Source of the DNA: the human T2T-CHM13v2.0 reference genome, Homo sapiens
Assembly (NCBI RefSeq): GCF_009914755.1
Contig: NC_060935.1
Length of the DNA stretch: 64,000 bases
Reading direction: 5' to 3' (one strand)
The notes beneath the pieces were generated by a model. That model did no database searches, was not told where the DNA came from, and saw nothing but the letters and a program-made list of their open reading frames with translations. The position numbers were made by a program, and so were the translations under genes. Below are positions 62,500 to 64,000 of the stretch, piece after piece. How positions within the stretch are numbered: the first letter of the stretch is position 1; each line of letters begins with the position of its first letter.

Positions 62500-64000
62500 C
62501 CTGGACACTTACACTAAACCTCCACTCCAGTAACACCCATAGATTGCCTCTCCTAAGACACATGTGACACCTAAAACATAAGGACACTTTATGTTGGATG
62601 ACTACAGTCTTAACACCCTGGTCCCATCCGTCACGGCCTCCTTAATATTATGTAAGTTGCTGATTCTATTCAATCAACAAGTGGTAAATACTTTGCTCTT
62701 ATATATTTGGCTAACCTTGTCTGTTTAGTGCCTATTCCAACAGCCTCTCAGCTTCTGTTTGCCTCCACTGCTGAGGGGACACAATACACCTTTCCAGGGT
62801 ACCCATGGGGGACCTTCACAGCTTTGTCACCACACACAATCTTTGCAGACAAGATCTTAATGACAACTGCCTTCCCCAGGGGCACAGATATGACATTGCA
62901 TTGAGGACGTCCTACTCCAAAGAAATGCATTTGATACACACATTGAAGACATTTAACCCCAATATTTCTTAATACTTTTGGGCTCTGGTGGCAACATATT
63001 TCTCATTGACAAATTTTATTGCTAAATTAAAATCAACAGGCACTCCTGTGTGTGATCTCAAAAGGCTCCTTCACTGTAAACCTTTGGCAAGCTCCCGTAA
63101 TGTCTCCTGGAGTCTCTGGATCACTTATGATAGTCATTAGTTGCTTTAGGGCTTCTGATGCAAGATCTTGTCCCTCTTGGCCTCAGGCTATACACCATTA
63201 AAACAGCAAATGACTGGCTACCTATGAACTGTCTTGGACATAGAGGCTCTCACAGACCCTGAGCCTGTGACCCTCCATACCCAGTTGTCCATTATGCTTT
63301 GAGGTATGGAAACATCACCCCACAAGCTCAGCTTGGCTACCAAGGCCTCCCTAAGACAGGATGGAGCCAACTGGGCCCTCTGGGATATTCCATCTGCAGG
63401 AGAGGGTGGCCTCCTCATTCTCTCGGTCCTTTGCCAGATGCCAGGGTGCTGGAAGAGGTCACCCCTCCCCAGGCCCCTTGGCTACCTGGGAAGCCCTTTG
63501 GTGTTAACTGAGTGAACAGGAATGGGAGTTCATGGACTGTAGGAACGGCATCGTTAGCCATCACACGTGATGCAGCTTAGTGGAGAGCTGTTCCTTTCCA
63601 TCCCTTAGCCAGGATGATGAAGGACAGGACCCAAGAAAAAACACACTTGGTCAAACTTCAGGAAGTCATCCTAGCCCTGGCTGTCCTGGCTAACAAATGG
63701 TCTCATCTTCACATTCATTATTAATTATTGGGCCATTACCTAAAAATTGTTCCCATCAAGGTAAAAAGCAAATAAACCCCGGGAATCTCTTATTTCACAG
63801 ACATCAAATTATAAATCAAAATCACATAACTCCATGTTGCAAGGCCTTGCTAGTTCACTGCTTGTTTCTTTCAGAGTTAGAGACATTACTAATAGCTATG
63901 AAGGCACACATTTCACTCCTTAGAATACACCACTATGCTGGGCTTCCAGAGGAGGCATCCAATATAAACTTCATGTCCCTGATAGGTCCCAATGGTTGCT
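62500..64000 (+). mobile_element. Decayed ERVL-class (class III) endogenous retrovirus pol remnant
   Basis: 62707 on translates LANLVCLVPIPTASQLLFASTAEGTQYTF, comparable to ERVL RT DLANAFFSIP..Q.QFAF...GQQYTF. 63234 on gives LDIEALTDPEPVTLHTQLSIML*GMETSPHKL, comparable to the ERVL connection region. Frameshifted. Confidence 0.7.

Overview
Primate (human-like) genomic DNA. The only protein-coding sequence I can support is coding exon 1 of MAP6 (STOP, microtubule-associated protein 6) on the minus strand (ATG at 19754, splice donor after 18850), inside a CpG island (~18750-20660). Bases 1-18849 are MAP6 intron 1. Everything above ~20.7 kb is upstream intergenic DNA packed with transposon fossils: about 25 Alus or Alu monomers, a full-length but dead L1PA, a truncated L1PA15/16-like element, old L1M/L2/MIR, MaLR and ERV solo LTRs (MST/THE1, MLT1, MER52, MER9 and two ERV1-type), nested Tigger MITEs, an SVA2-type element and a decayed ERVL-class pol. 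Nearly all ORFs in the supplied track are repeat-derived or GC-rich shadow frames. The most unusual signal is a set of retroelements that carry ~75-115 bp copies of nearby DNA inside them: an inverted copy in an AluS at 25.07 kb, an inverted copy in the SVA2 at 58.92 kb and a direct copy in the L1 at 44.81 kb. These look like fossil template-switch events. The MAP6 5' region also shows a duplicated ~90 bp core-promoter-like unit, three tiny uORFs and a possible internal start codon (Met247). Repeat subfamily names come from recalled consensus sequences, not from a RepeatMasker run.
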